Positions 46,435 through 55,291 of a stretch of DNA of 64,000 nt are shown one piece after another. The position numbers and the translations under genes are program-made. The stretch spans positions 1 through 64,000 of IMG/VR virus record IMGVR_UViG_3300014613_004232; one strand, written 5' to 3'. A model generated the notes under the pieces. The model was given only the letters and a program-made list of their open reading frames with translations, made no database searches and had not been told where the DNA came from. Origin of the DNA: a virus. Within the stretch, counting starts at the first letter, position 1. Each line of letters begins with the position of its first letter.

Positions 46435-46708
46435 CGAATCCGGCCCGCAACTTCATGGCCCGAAGCTGATCCGGGGTCGGCAGGACCAGGGTTCGCTCGG
46501 ACATGGGGGTCTCAGGGGAGTCAAGCCCGGCAGCGGCCTGAATCACCAGGCTCTCATCCCAGGTCCCATACACCCTCTTCGAGACCAGGGGCAGATTCGC
46601 ACGCTCATCCGGCAGCGTGGGGTACCGGATGGCTGCGCCCCAGGCGGGCGTCTGCTGGGCGAACCGACGCACCAAGCCAAAGAGCATGTTGCGCGAGAAG
46701 TCCCTCAT
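46418..46708 (-). CDS. Baseplate LysM/tail-X-like protein
   Basis: DER.NL.LVS.RVYG......I.AAAGL...LVLPT pattern. Confidence 0.65.
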   Translation of the reverse strand: MRDFSRNMLFGLVRRFAQQTPAWGAAIRYPTLPDERANLPLVSKRVYGTWDESLVIQAAAGLDSPETPMSERTLVLPTPDQLRAMKLRAGFDANEI

Positions 46709-47409
46709 TCGACGGCGCCCTGCTCATCCCAGACGATGGCCTGGACTCCCTCAGCCGAAGTGGCGGCAGCGATCTGCGCTTCAAGAATGCCCTTGCGCTG
46801 CAGCTTGGCCAGCGTGGCAGCGTAGGCGTCCATGCCCACCTTGCGGATCTGCTCGGACGTATGGAGTTGATAGGACCATTGGCCCTCGCCATCCCGGCAC
46901 CAGAAAGGAGCGCGCCACGCGGGGTCGATGTCCGCGATCTCTCGGGCCACAGAAACGGAGGCCTGCAGGTTGGCCTGGTCGGTGAGCTTGCATGGGTAGA
47001 AAAACTCCTCACCCAGGGCATCGGACGGGAACCCGGCCACGATTGCGGCCTCGCAGTCGGCCACGATATCGGCGATGCGCTTGGTCTTGACGTCGCTCAG
47101 GCTTGGGCCAGGGTCTGCGTCGAGCGCGCCGGCGGGCGGCTCGATGCCGGCCCGCTTGATCTCATGGCGACTGCGGTCAGCCAGCCAGTAGACATGGCCT
47201 GTCCAGTCGGGGATCACCTCCCAGGCGGTGCGCTCGGGATTGATCTTCGCGATCTCCCTGGGGCCGGTGGGTGGCGGAGCGAACTTGACCGAGTTGACGG
47301 GGTAGGTCCATTGGTCCTCAGTGAAAGGGACCAAGTAGGAGTCATCCAACTCCAGCGGTCCGGTGCTGAGGTCGTCGTGATCGAAGGTATGAACGATGGG
47401 ATTGGTCAT
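46705..47409 (-). CDS. Tail fibre assembly chaperone (DUF4376-like C-terminus)
   Basis: WEVIPDW.G..YW; I.AGF.SDALG...DQANL..S...L.AQIAAATS.E.V.AIVW. Confidence 0.8.
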   Translation of the reverse strand: MTNPIVHTFDHDDLSTGPLELDDSYLVPFTEDQWTYPVNSVKFAPPPTGPREIAKINPERTAWEVIPDWTGHVYWLADRSRHEIKRAGIEPPAGALDADPGPSLSDVKTKRIADIVADCEAAIVAGFPSDALGEEFFYPCKLTDQANLQASVSVAREIADIDPAWRAPFWCRDGEGQWSYQLHTSEQIRKVGMDAYAATLAKLQRKGILEAQIAAATSAEGVQAIVWDEQGAVE

Positions 47410-47411
47410 GA

Positions 47412-48509
47412 TCAAGTCTTGATGACGCCAGCGAAGGCGGTCGAGCGGCCTCGGGTTTCAGTGGCGATCCGCGGTGCACCGTACCCACCGAGTTCACCCA
47501 CCCAGGGGGTGTAGATCTCCCAGCCATGGCCATTGCCATTGGTGGTGGTGTCGCTGACGTCGCCTTCCGAAGGCCCGTTTTTGAAACCATGGCTGTGACC
47601 CTGGAACGCGTCCTGCAGCCAGGCGCCAAAACTCTGACCGGGAAGCACCCCGCGGAGGTCATCCCAGAACCGGATGTGCTCGCCTCGAACATCTGCGGAA
47701 GCGAACGTACCGTCGCCGTTGTCCTTGTAGAACAAGGTGCCGGCGGTCCAGCCGCTGGAGAGCATCAAGCCGTGATGCTTCGCCCAGTGGTAGAGCGCCA
47801 AGGTGTTCGGCAGGCCAGTCACGCCGGTCTTGATCCAGGCGTTACGCGGGGTGGGCTGGGTGTCAGGCCTGAGCCAGCCGATGTCGACAGAGGCGTACCC
47901 GATGTAGTTCGCCCCGTTCGCCGTGAAGGACTGCCAAGTCATCAGGGAGTTGAAAGCCGCTGACCAGATGGGCCCCTCGTCAACGGTAGGCAGCGCCGCG
48001 GCTGCGCCGAAGTGCCGGATGTACTGGACGTGCGGGTGGGGGTTGCTCAAGTGCTGGGCCATGATGGCCAGCGCCAGCGCGCCACCCGGATCAACCTCGA
48101 TGGTCACCGACCCGGCTGGCACCCGGGTGACCTTCATCGCGAACTGACCCACCCAATCGATGGTGTTGCGCTGGAAGATGGTGGTGCCCGGCGCCGAGTG
48201 GACCGCAAAGAGCACCCCGCCTGCATCCGGGTCGCCGGCATAAAAACCGATCTCGCCCACGTTGTAGGGGGCGCCAGCGTATGACGGCAAGTATGCGGAG
48301 ACCAGGAAGCCGCCTGAGCCAGTGGAAACTGAACCAGAGATGGCCACCTTCTCCTTGCGAAGCACCAGCGCCACCGCATTGTCGGCCGGGGCGTACTGCC
48401 CCTGTCCGAGAACGATGTGGGTGATCTTGAGCTGGATGCCGTCGGCGTCAGCATTCACCGCCGCAGCGAGACCGGCGTCGGTGATCTTGGGGGAGATGAC
48501 GGTTGGCAT
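47412..48509 (-). CDS. Tail fibre protein (baseplate-attached N-terminus, collar domain)
   Basis: ITDAGLAAA...EIGFY...LFAV N-terminus; PHPHVQY; DVRGEHIRFWD...Q.DAFQGHSH...ETRGRS.AF collar/tip motifs. Confidence 0.85.
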   Translation of the reverse strand: MPTVISPKITDAGLAAAVNADADGIQLKITHIVLGQGQYAPADNAVALVLRKEKVAISGSVSTGSGGFLVSAYLPSYAGAPYNVGEIGFYAGDPDAGGVLFAVHSAPGTTIFQRNTIDWVGQFAMKVTRVPAGSVTIEVDPGGALALAIMAQHLSNPHPHVQYIRHFGAAAALPTVDEGPIWSAAFNSLMTWQSFTANGANYIGYASVDIGWLRPDTQPTPRNAWIKTGVTGLPNTLALYHWAKHHGLMLSSGWTAGTLFYKDNGDGTFASADVRGEHIRFWDDLRGVLPGQSFGAWLQDAFQGHSHGFKNGPSEGDVSDTTTNGNGHGWEIYTPWVGELGGYGAPRIATETRGRSTAFAGVIKT

Positions 48510-48542
48510 GTCAGGGTCGTTCCGGGGCTTGAAAACACCCGA

Positions 48543-48583
48543 AGCATTCACGTCACGCCAGCCTGGTCGGCCGCCCGTTTTCC
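48543..48583 (-). promoter_or_regulatory. Late-promoter motif (tail fibre operon)
   Basis: GGAAAA-N29-AATGCT. Confidence 0.75.
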
Positions 48584-48585
48584 GT

Positions 48586-49059
48586 TTACACGGTGAAGGC
48601 GGAGATCTCCTCCATGAAGGCCAGGGCCCCATTGACAGTTCGCTGACGGCTCGCAGCAAGGCAGGCGAACATGACGGCGACCTGGGCGCAGGTGATGTCC
48701 GGGGAGATCCGGTACCGGACGCCGCCCTCGTCGACGCCGTCGCGCTCGATCTTGTTCGATGGGTTGTGGCGCGCCGCCTTCTCACTCAACGCGAGCAACT
48801 TGAGCCCGTCCATCTCGAAGAATGCCCGAATGGCCGCCTGCAGGTCATCGTCGGACACCAGGTCATCTCGGTGCGTGTCACGCTCCTGGTTGCTGATCTT
48901 CAAGAGCTCGGGCGCTTCGCCCGGGTCGTAGGTCTTGCTGTCTTGCACCAGCAGCAGGTCCTCCTCATGGTCGAAGGCCCCGTACAAGGACACAGGCTCT
49001 CCGCTGAAGCCCGCGATGTTGACGCGAAGCAGGACGGTCGAATCCTTCTCGTCAATCAT
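48586..49059 (-). CDS. Hypothetical morphogenesis protein
   Basis: ATGA-coupled within the structural operon. Confidence 0.55.
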   Translation of the reverse strand: MIDEKDSTVLLRVNIAGFSGEPVSLYGAFDHEEDLLLVQDSKTYDPGEAPELLKISNQERDTHRDDLVSDDDLQAAIRAFFEMDGLKLLALSEKAARHNPSNKIERDGVDEGGVRYRISPDITCAQVAVMFACLAASRQRTVNGALAFMEEISAFTV

Positions 49060-49820
49060 GGCCTGATCCAGTCCTCTTCGTGCACGTAGCCGGCCCTCGG
49101 CGCGTTGGCACCCAGGGCCTGCACCACGACCAAGAAGCCGTCCGGGTCATCCGCGGTACCGGAGCCCTGGCCATCCCCGCCGGAGGCCGGGGCCTGCAGC
49201 AGAGGCACGGTCGCTCGCAACTGGAAGTCCACGGTCAGGATGGTGAGGTTCTTGGCCTCGCCCGCGGGCGTGTTGATCGCCTGGATGTCGGGCGTCTCCA
49301 GCACCACTGGCCAGTGATCGTCCATGCCGGCCAGCCGGAAAATCGAGTGGAACCGGCGGTTCTCGGTCGCACCAGCAAACATCTGCAACTGCATGGCGAC
49401 TGAGCGAGCCGTGGGGTCCTCCGGCGCGCAAATGGCCACCTGGGCTCGGATGTCGGCAGTGACCGCCCGCATCTTGAAAACGCGGTGCTTGGGGTCGCCG
49501 GGGATGATCACATCCACCGGGTTGAGCATCTGACGGCCGTAGTCGGCTGGCGCCGGCATGTAGTCCTTCGACATCGCGGCGATCATCACCGGCAGCTTCG
49601 GGTGCGGTGTGTCGCTGTCGTCGTTGTCGTTCTTGCGCCAACTCGACAGCATCTCCTCCACCTGATCGACCATGCGGCCTGGGGCCCACACTGCCGACTT
49701 GGCGAAACCGCGCTGACGAAACTCCGCGAGCGCGGGGGTGTCCGCCACCAAGTGCTCGCTGTAGAAGCGCCCCAGGTAGCGCCCGAAGGCGGCCTTGATG
49801 GGATCAGTGAAGTTCGCCAT
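49056..49820 (-). CDS. Putative tail terminator/completion protein
   Basis: PKLPVM... pattern and context. Confidence 0.5.
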   Translation of the reverse strand: MANFTDPIKAAFGRYLGRFYSEHLVADTPALAEFRQRGFAKSAVWAPGRMVDQVEEMLSSWRKNDNDDSDTPHPKLPVMIAAMSKDYMPAPADYGRQMLNPVDVIIPGDPKHRVFKMRAVTADIRAQVAICAPEDPTARSVAMQLQMFAGATENRRFHSIFRLAGMDDHWPVVLETPDIQAINTPAGEAKNLTILTVDFQLRATVPLLQAPASGGDGQGSGTADDPDGFLVVVQALGANAPRAGYVHEEDWIRP

Positions 49821-49823
49821 GGG

Positions 49824-50681
49824 TCAGTTGCGCAGCAGGCGGGTGACCAGGCCGGACAGCGGCCCGGATGGTTCGGAGCTCTTGTCCGACGGCAGGGCCT
49901 GAAGGGTCGCCAGAGGCATGCTGGTGAAACGGTCCCAATCCTCGGGCATGGCGTGCCTGTCTGGAGCGATGCGGGCATCCTCCAGGTGGATGCTGTCAAG
50001 GTTCACCGCCCCACCCTTGGCAATCATCGCGATCAGTGCCTCGTTGTCCTGTGCCGACTTCTCCAGCGCGGCCAGGGCCTGCTGCAGTTGTGCGTGCACG
50101 GAGTCGAAGAGTTGCGCCAGAACGCCGGAGCCCTGGGCGTAGTCCCCCACGACGCCATCGAGCATCACAAGCAACTCCTCCTCGGCGTCAGGCCCGGCCG
50201 AGTCCAGGGCGAGCTTGTGGCCACGGTTGAAGGTGAAGTTCGGCTCCAGGACGTAATCGAAGCCGTAGAACCCCGTCGGGATAGCCGGACTGGTGTTCGG
50301 GGAGGTCACGATGGCCGAGGAGAAGCCGCCGGTCTGCGACTGGTACAGGGCCTTGGCCACGACCCCGCCTGGGGTGTTCAGGAACTCGGCACGGTGGGTG
50401 ATGGTCCCATCCGGTTCGGCGCGCAGTTCGACCGTGCGGATGGCCGGATCGATCGAGACGACCTTGCCGTCGACAATCCCGCCCTCGGCCGGCTCCATGC
50501 CGAACTTCAGGCGCGGCCAGTGGCCGTAGTAGCCGACCATGTCACCATGCTTGACCTTCTCCTGCACGCCGGCGGAGTTGATCAGACGGGCAAGGGCCAC
50601 GGTGTCGAAGTTGCGATCCTTGCCCCGGGCGGCGCGCCCGCGCTCACGCACGTTGAAGGTGATGGGGTCGGTGACGAGCAT
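49824..50681 (-). CDS. Prohead protease (P1 Pro-like)
   Basis: GYYGHWPR, H..EFL.T..G, GGFSSA, FYGFDYVLEPNF motifs; AGGAG SD. Confidence 0.82.
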   Translation of the reverse strand: MLVTDPITFNVRERGRAARGKDRNFDTVALARLINSAGVQEKVKHGDMVGYYGHWPRLKFGMEPAEGGIVDGKVVSIDPAIRTVELRAEPDGTITHRAEFLNTPGGVVAKALYQSQTGGFSSAIVTSPNTSPAIPTGFYGFDYVLEPNFTFNRGHKLALDSAGPDAEEELLVMLDGVVGDYAQGSGVLAQLFDSVHAQLQQALAALEKSAQDNEALIAMIAKGGAVNLDSIHLEDARIAPDRHAMPEDWDRFTSMPLATLQALPSDKSSEPSGPLSGLVTRLLRN

Positions 50682-50692
50682 GCTGCTCCTCC

Positions 50693-51319
50693 TTAGACGA
50701 AGTTCGTGGTGAAGGTTTGGATGGCCGCGCCGGTGTAGAAGCCGCATGCCAGGCCGAGTTCGGCCTCGCTGCGCTGCTCCAGGGTGATGCTCAGGACGAT
50801 TCGCGCGGGCACCACGGATCGCAGCGCCGGCGCCACGGCGTCGACATCGGCGCCAGATGTCACCCCCGAGGAGATGACGACGTTGACCCGGCTGGTCAGG
50901 AAGTGGTTGCCACCGTCGGAGAGGACCAAGTCCACCGGATAGGTCCCGCCCTTGAGGCACCACAACTGGTCGACGCGCCAGCCCTCCGGCCACAACAGCC
51001 GAAGGTAAAGGCGCAGCATGTGCAAGCCACGCTTGGGGTTGCGCGCCTTCCAGGCCCTGAAAAGGAAGCGCATGGTTTCCTCGTCGCCGCGGCGGACCAG
51101 GGCCAAGCCCTCGTTCTTCACTGCGCGCTCGAACTGCTCCAGGGAACCCAGTTGCGGCATGCCGATCGTCTTGATCTCCCGCTCGGCCGGGCGGATGAAG
51201 GTCTCCACCAGGTGCACGAACAAGCCCTTGAGCTCGGACTCCATGATGTCCGCCTCGTGGGACTCGCGCAGCGGCGTGAGGTCCGGCTCGGGCTGGGGGA
51301 TCAGCGGGAAGTCGGCCAT
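50693..51319 (-). CDS. Baseplate wedge protein (gpI-like, P1 gp16-like)
   Basis: WKARNPKRGLH.LR.YLR.LWP...V.PAR..L motifs; follows J-like gene. Confidence 0.7.
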   Translation of the reverse strand: MADFPLIPQPEPDLTPLRESHEADIMESELKGLFVHLVETFIRPAEREIKTIGMPQLGSLEQFERAVKNEGLALVRRGDEETMRFLFRAWKARNPKRGLHMLRLYLRLLWPEGWRVDQLWCLKGGTYPVDLVLSDGGNHFLTSRVNVVISSGVTSGADVDAVAPALRSVVPARIVLSITLEQRSEAELGLACGFYTGAAIQTFTTNFV

Positions 51320-52749
51320 CAGTAGCTCCACAGGGAGTTGCCGAACTTCGCGCTCTTGACGTCAACCGTGAGGCTCGCCCCGGTCACGTGCAGGTACTGC
51401 TCGGGCAGAAGCGTCACTGGGATAGTCACGGTGGCCTTGAAGTCTGCCGATGCGTCCTGGAGCGCTGGCACCTTCGCCTCCAGGAGCTTGTTGAGGTCCT
51501 GGTTGGGAACGGGATTGCGCATGCCCCGCGAGACCGCCTTGGCCCCATCTCCGTACTCGCCCAGCACGGCGGTGGTGATCTGGGCCTCCACGGCGGCGAT
51601 GTCGTGCACCACGGACACGCTCGCGTCCACCGTGACAGGGATCGGCGTCAGGACAGTCGGCACGAACCGGACCCTGTAGGAGTCGTCCGCCCGCTTGACC
51701 AGTTCGCGGACTCGGGCCTCGAACTGGGCATTGCTCATCCCATCGACCAGGCCAGAGACGAACAAGGTGTTGATGTTGTCGACGTTGGCGCCCCGCACGC
51801 TCTCCTCGATCTGCTCGTTCCAGACGCTCAGGAATCGAGGAGTGAGGTAGCGACGCAGTAGCGCATCGAACTCGGCCAGGAACACCGCGTTGTGGTCGTA
51901 GATCGCGGGGTAGCGCGCCATCACCCGCAGATCCGCCATGGATGGGGGGTTGGCACCGGTGTCTTCCACCGAGGTCAGGGAGGCCTTCACCAGTCCATCC
52001 CCGGGCGTCAGGATGTACTGCAGAGTGAAGGTGTCGCCTGCGCTCAGGTCGCTGATCTCGCCCTCGCATTCGGTCATGCGCAACTCGAAGACGTCGCCGG
52101 CGGTCACGCTGAAGCCCACGCGCGTCGAGTCACCCATCCGGACCCACAGTCGACGTAGCTCGTCGGTTTCCAGGGTGTAGGCGAGTTGGCCAGCCGTGAT
52201 GTTGAAGAACTCGGGCGAGTAGGTGAACTCCACCCCGCTCTTCCAGACGCTGAGCATGGTGAGGTGAGAGGAATCGCTCACCGGCACCTGGATCTCGTAG
52301 AACGGCTGGGCGATCTGCACCTGGTGCGTCACGGTCCGGGTGCTCTTCTGGGTGAGGGCGACCGAGCCGGTCTGGCCCGCGGGGATGGTCACCGAGGCGT
52401 CCGCCTGGTACAGGCGCCCCTTGTTGTCCATGAGCAGGCGCCCGGCGATGACCGTGAAGGCGGAGGGGCCGTCGTTCTTGAGGGCGATCGTGCCGCGCCA
52501 CGGGCGCGCGAGCGGCAGGATGCCCTTGAGCGCCGCGTCGGCCAGCACCGTCGAGTCCAGGGTCTTCGTGAACGCCTCGAACCGCCCAACCTCGGAGTGC
52601 TGGGCCAGCAAGAAGGACATCTCCACCTGCGCGCCGATCTGCGCCAGCACGCGAGGGTCGCCAGCCTGGGCGGCCAGGGCGATGGACGGGAACTGGGACA
52701 GCGCATTGAGCGCTGCCTGTCGGATCTGATCCTTGGTCGGTGCGCTCAC
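51319..52749 (-). CDS. Baseplate J-like protein (P1 BplA-like)
   Basis: STVLADAALKGILP; ETDELRRL.VR.GD...G; J-like size and position. Confidence 0.8.
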   Translation of the reverse strand: MSAPTKDQIRQAALNALSQFPSIALAAQAGDPRVLAQIGAQVEMSFLLAQHSEVGRFEAFTKTLDSTVLADAALKGILPLARPWRGTIALKNDGPSAFTVIAGRLLMDNKGRLYQADASVTIPAGQTGSVALTQKSTRTVTHQVQIAQPFYEIQVPVSDSSHLTMLSVWKSGVEFTYSPEFFNITAGQLAYTLETDELRRLWVRMGDSTRVGFSVTAGDVFELRMTECEGEISDLSAGDTFTLQYILTPGDGLVKASLTSVEDTGANPPSMADLRVMARYPAIYDHNAVFLAEFDALLRRYLTPRFLSVWNEQIEESVRGANVDNINTLFVSGLVDGMSNAQFEARVRELVKRADDSYRVRFVPTVLTPIPVTVDASVSVVHDIAAVEAQITTAVLGEYGDGAKAVSRGMRNPVPNQDLNKLLEAKVPALQDASADFKATVTIPVTLLPEQYLHVTGASLTVDVKSAKFGNSLWSY

Positions 52750-53039
52750 AGGGCCTCCACGTCGATGCTTTGGCCCAGGACGTCGATGCGGATGACCTTG
52801 CGGTCGAAGTCAGCATCCACCGCGCTCACGCTCACGGTCCCAGCAGGCGCCACCGACAGAATCGGGATGTCCATCCGCATCTTGGCGATGAGGTCATCGG
52901 CCGCAGGAGAAGACATCGGCTGCATCAGCATCGACTTGACGTCCGAGCCATAGTCGGACCCAAGGTAGCCATTGGGTGGGCACCCAAGGTGGTGGGTGAC
53001 CATCCCTTGCAGGTCTTGGGGGGTGAGGGTCTGAGCCAT
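52746..53039 (-). CDS. Baseplate wedge gp25/gpW-like protein
   Basis: H.L..P.NGYLGSDYGS...K.R.DIP.L motif. Confidence 0.75.
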   Translation of the reverse strand: MAQTLTPQDLQGMVTHHLGCPPNGYLGSDYGSDVKSMLMQPMSSPAADDLIAKMRMDIPILSVAPAGTVSVSAVDADFDRKVIRIDVLGQSIDVEAL

Positions 53040-53046
53040 GGCGGCG

Positions 53047-53087
53047 ATTTGGCCTCTTGGCACGCCACGGTGCGGCGGTCACTTTCC
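53047..53087 (-). promoter_or_regulatory. Late-promoter motif, probably giving a leaderless mRNA
   Basis: GGAAAG-N29-CCAAAT; ATG follows only 7 nt after the hexamer. Confidence 0.7.
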
Positions 53088-53091
53088 AGAA

Positions 53092-53282
53092 AGGCGAAAG
53101 CCCCCGAATGAAGAACCGACATCCGGGGGCCCTCTTGCTCCATGAGACTAGACGCCACCACCTCTCGGCGGCTTTCGGCGCCCTGGAGCCTGCTCTACAC
53201 CTGTTCAGACCTGGGGGCACAGTGGTACGACTGTGCCGGCACTTCACCCTGCCGGCAGACCCTGAACTGGCCTTGCTTGGGT
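53092..53282 (-). ncRNA. Unannotated structured late ncRNA (~190 nt) with own promoter and terminator
   Basis: Promoter motif at 53289-53329; several helices with G-U pairs and a GAGA tetraloop on the minus strand; terminator at 53092-53130. Confidence 0.65.
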
Positions 53283-53288
53283 GAGGCC

Positions 53289-53329
53289 AGTTTCATCGGG
53301 CTCAGGCGCCCGGCCCTGGCACGCTTTCC
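53289..53329 (-). promoter_or_regulatory. Late-promoter motif driving the ncRNA
   Basis: GGAAAG-N29-GAAACT. Confidence 0.7.
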
Positions 53330-53670
53330 GAATCCACCGCCGATGGAGGAATCAGGGCAGAGGGCTGGCAGTGCCAAACCTGGATCGTCTCCACTACGGC
53401 GCCTCCCTCTTGCGGGTGGATCTCGACGCCCTGGACGTACATCCCGGTCGCATCGATCTTGAGCACCTGGACGTCAAAGATTGGCTGAAAGACGTTGGGC
53501 TTGACCTGCCCGTAGAAATCTGCCTTCAACTCTGCCTGGAGCCGAACGCGCCCTTTCTCGTCACCCGGCAGGCGATCAAAGATGGACAGGTCGCCCTCTT
53601 GTGGCGGCTGAAGTTCAGATCGCTTGAGGCGGCGGCCCTGATCTCGTAGGCGGGTGACTTGGCAACGCAT
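53302..53670 (-). CDS. Hypothetical protein
   Basis: ATG ORF with protein-like composition downstream of tRNA-Arg. Confidence 0.55.
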   Translation of the reverse strand: MRCQVTRLRDQGRRLKRSELQPPQEGDLSIFDRLPGDEKGRVRLQAELKADFYGQVKPNVFQPIFDVQVLKIDATGMYVQGVEIHPQEGGAVVETIQVWHCQPSALIPPSAVDSESVPGPGA

Positions 53671-53704
53671 GGACGCATTCTGCCTCCACCATCAGCCTGG
53701 CATG

Positions 53705-53780
53705 TGGCGCGCCGGAGAGGACTCGAACCCCCAACCCTGGGCATAGGAAACCCCTGCTCTTTCCGTTGAGCTACCGGCGC
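53705..53780 (-). tRNA. tRNA-Arg (anticodon CCT)
   Basis: Full cloverleaf: GCGCCGG/CCGGCGC acceptor, loop TTCCTAT, TTCGAGT T-loop, encoded CCA. Confidence 0.92.
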
Positions 53781-53790
53781 GCGGAAGTGA

Positions 53791-54111
53791 TCAGCCGGCC
53801 TGGGCAGCCAGGCGCTCTTTCAGGGCGTAGCCCATGAGCACCCACAGCTTGTGCACGGCGTTTTCGTAGGCCACCTTCTCGCCGATCTGCGGGCGGTCGT
53901 TCTCGGGGGACACCGAAACCGATGGGTCGCCCGTCACAGCGAAACCGCTCTTCGTCGTGATGACGGCCCAGCGCAGCACCTGGCCGCCCGTGGAAACGTG
54001 CTTCACGTACTCGACGTCGACGATGTTGGCTTTCAGGTCCTCGGGCGTGACGCGCGGGGACTTGTCGGCGCCGTGTTCCTTGATCATCTGCTCGGTCTGC
54101 TGGTCGCTCAT
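53791..54111 (-). CDS. Phage Gp49/Gp66-family protein (candidate Acb4-like nucleotide sponge)
   Basis: PRVT...LRWAVITTKSGFAVTG.PS.SVSPEND...IG...A..NA...LW.L.GY.LK family signature. Confidence 0.8.
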   Translation of the reverse strand: MSDQQTEQMIKEHGADKSPRVTPEDLKANIVDVEYVKHVSTGGQVLRWAVITTKSGFAVTGDPSVSVSPENDRPQIGEKVAYENAVHKLWVLMGYALKERLAAQAG

Positions 54112-54257
54112 GAGTGCTTTCAGGTTGATGGTGAGAAACTGAAGGGCAGGCTACCTTCGTCATTTGCAAGGCCGCTTGTCTCGCCCGGTTGCACCGGGGT
54201 CATCGGAGCTCGTCGCCCGCGTGCGCCAGCGTGTGGCCACGGAATCCAGTCATGTGC

Positions 54258-54409
54258 CCTTCACTTCAGCGGGCAGGGCTTGATACCTGCTAGGTGAAGG
54301 CGTCCACTCGATCGCACCCAGCGCTACCCGGCTCCCTCGCAGGTCCGGACGGTGTTGTCCACTAGGACGCATCAGCGCGTGTCCATCCACGCCGCCGCTG
54401 AAGTGAAGG
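54258..54409 (-). ncRNA. tRNA-like structured element with extended acceptor stem and large central domain
   Basis: 15-bp perfect closing stem; D-like hairpin GCGTG/CACGC; T-like hairpin GCAGG-TATCAAGC-CCTGC; inner stem GCGTCC/GGACGC. Confidence 0.55.
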
Positions 54410-54541
54410 TCCCCGCTACTTTCCCGGGGTGGTCAAGACCCTGTCTCAGGAGGGCGTGGCCTGGGAGGGTTTGCATGGATCGGGGCAGACCCCTCGCGTA
54501 ACTGCTGCCCGTGCTCTGTGAGGCGGCTTTCGCCACCAGGA

Positions 54542-54832
54542 TCAGTCGACCTTGCGCACCCAGCCGATGTTGGCGCCCACGCTGACCTGGACCAGGCTGG
54601 TCATCTGGCCGTTGTCCCATTCGCCGGTGAGGTAGCCGCTCAGGTTGCCGGAGATCTCGAAGCCTTCCTTGGCGTCGGGCAGCAGGTCGATGACGGCGTT
54701 GGCGTTGGCCAGGATGGCCGCTTGGTCGGCTGCGTGCACCGGCTGGGCATGGACGATCTCGGCGACTTTCTCGGCGACTTGGGCTTTGGCTGCGGCCTTG
54801 TCGGCGGCGCGGATGCTGATGCTGTAGGACAT
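54542..54832 (-). CDS. Hypothetical phage protein
   Basis: Strong codon bias; GAGG SD. Confidence 0.7.
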   Translation of the reverse strand: MSYSISIRAADKAAAKAQVAEKVAEIVHAQPVHAADQAAILANANAVIDLLPDAKEGFEISGNLSGYLTGEWDNGQMTSLVQVSVGANIGWVRKVD

Positions 54833-54904
54833 GGGGAACCTCTGGTGGTTGATGGTGAAGGAGGCAGGCGATGCGGTCCTGCCTGGTGAGAAGCGTGGAG
54901 GCGG

Positions 54905-55291
54905 CTACTTCAGCGCCTTGATCTCGTAAGCGAACGGGCTCCACACCTGCACGAGGGCGGGGTCCGTGAAGTGGGCCGGCTTGACCTTGGCGCGCGCCAC
55001 CTCGGACGTGATGGCGCTCACCGAGGGGGCACTGAACAAGGCAGCAACCGCTCGCTGGGTGGTGACCGCGTTGCACGTGGCCTTGGTGCACACGAACATT
55101 GTGGGCAACTCCTCACCCGGGCAGTACCAGGCGACAAAGGCGCCCTTGGCGGGGAACTTGAACAAGGCCGACGTGCCCGCGCCGAATGGCTTGGGCACAC
55201 AGGTGACAGGGGCCGCCTGGCTGACCGAGACGGCGAGCAAAGCGGCGCACAAGGCCAGCAGAGATGGAAGGAAGCGACGGGTACGGCTCAA
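54905..55291 (-). CDS. Secreted protein with signal peptide and 4 mature-region Cys
   Basis: GGAG SD plus TTG; RRFLPSLLALCAALLAVSVSQA signal peptide. Confidence 0.6.
   Translation of the reverse strand: MSRTRRFLPSLLALCAALLAVSVSQAAPVTCVPKPFGAGTSALFKFPAKGAFVAWYCPGEELPTMFVCTKATCNAVTTQRAVAALFSAPSVSAITSEVARAKVKPAHFTDPALVQVWSPFAYEIKALK

Noticed and set aside
42357-48509. Cin-type invertible fibre segment or diversity-generating retroelement
   Set aside because: No invertase or reverse transcriptase, no inverted crossover sites and no adenine-variable repeat pair seen
53130-53200. c-di-GMP riboswitch or hammerhead assignment for the late ncRNA
   Set aside because: Only a superficial GAAA/GNRA resemblance; core consensus sequences (GACGCAAAG; CTGANGA) are missing
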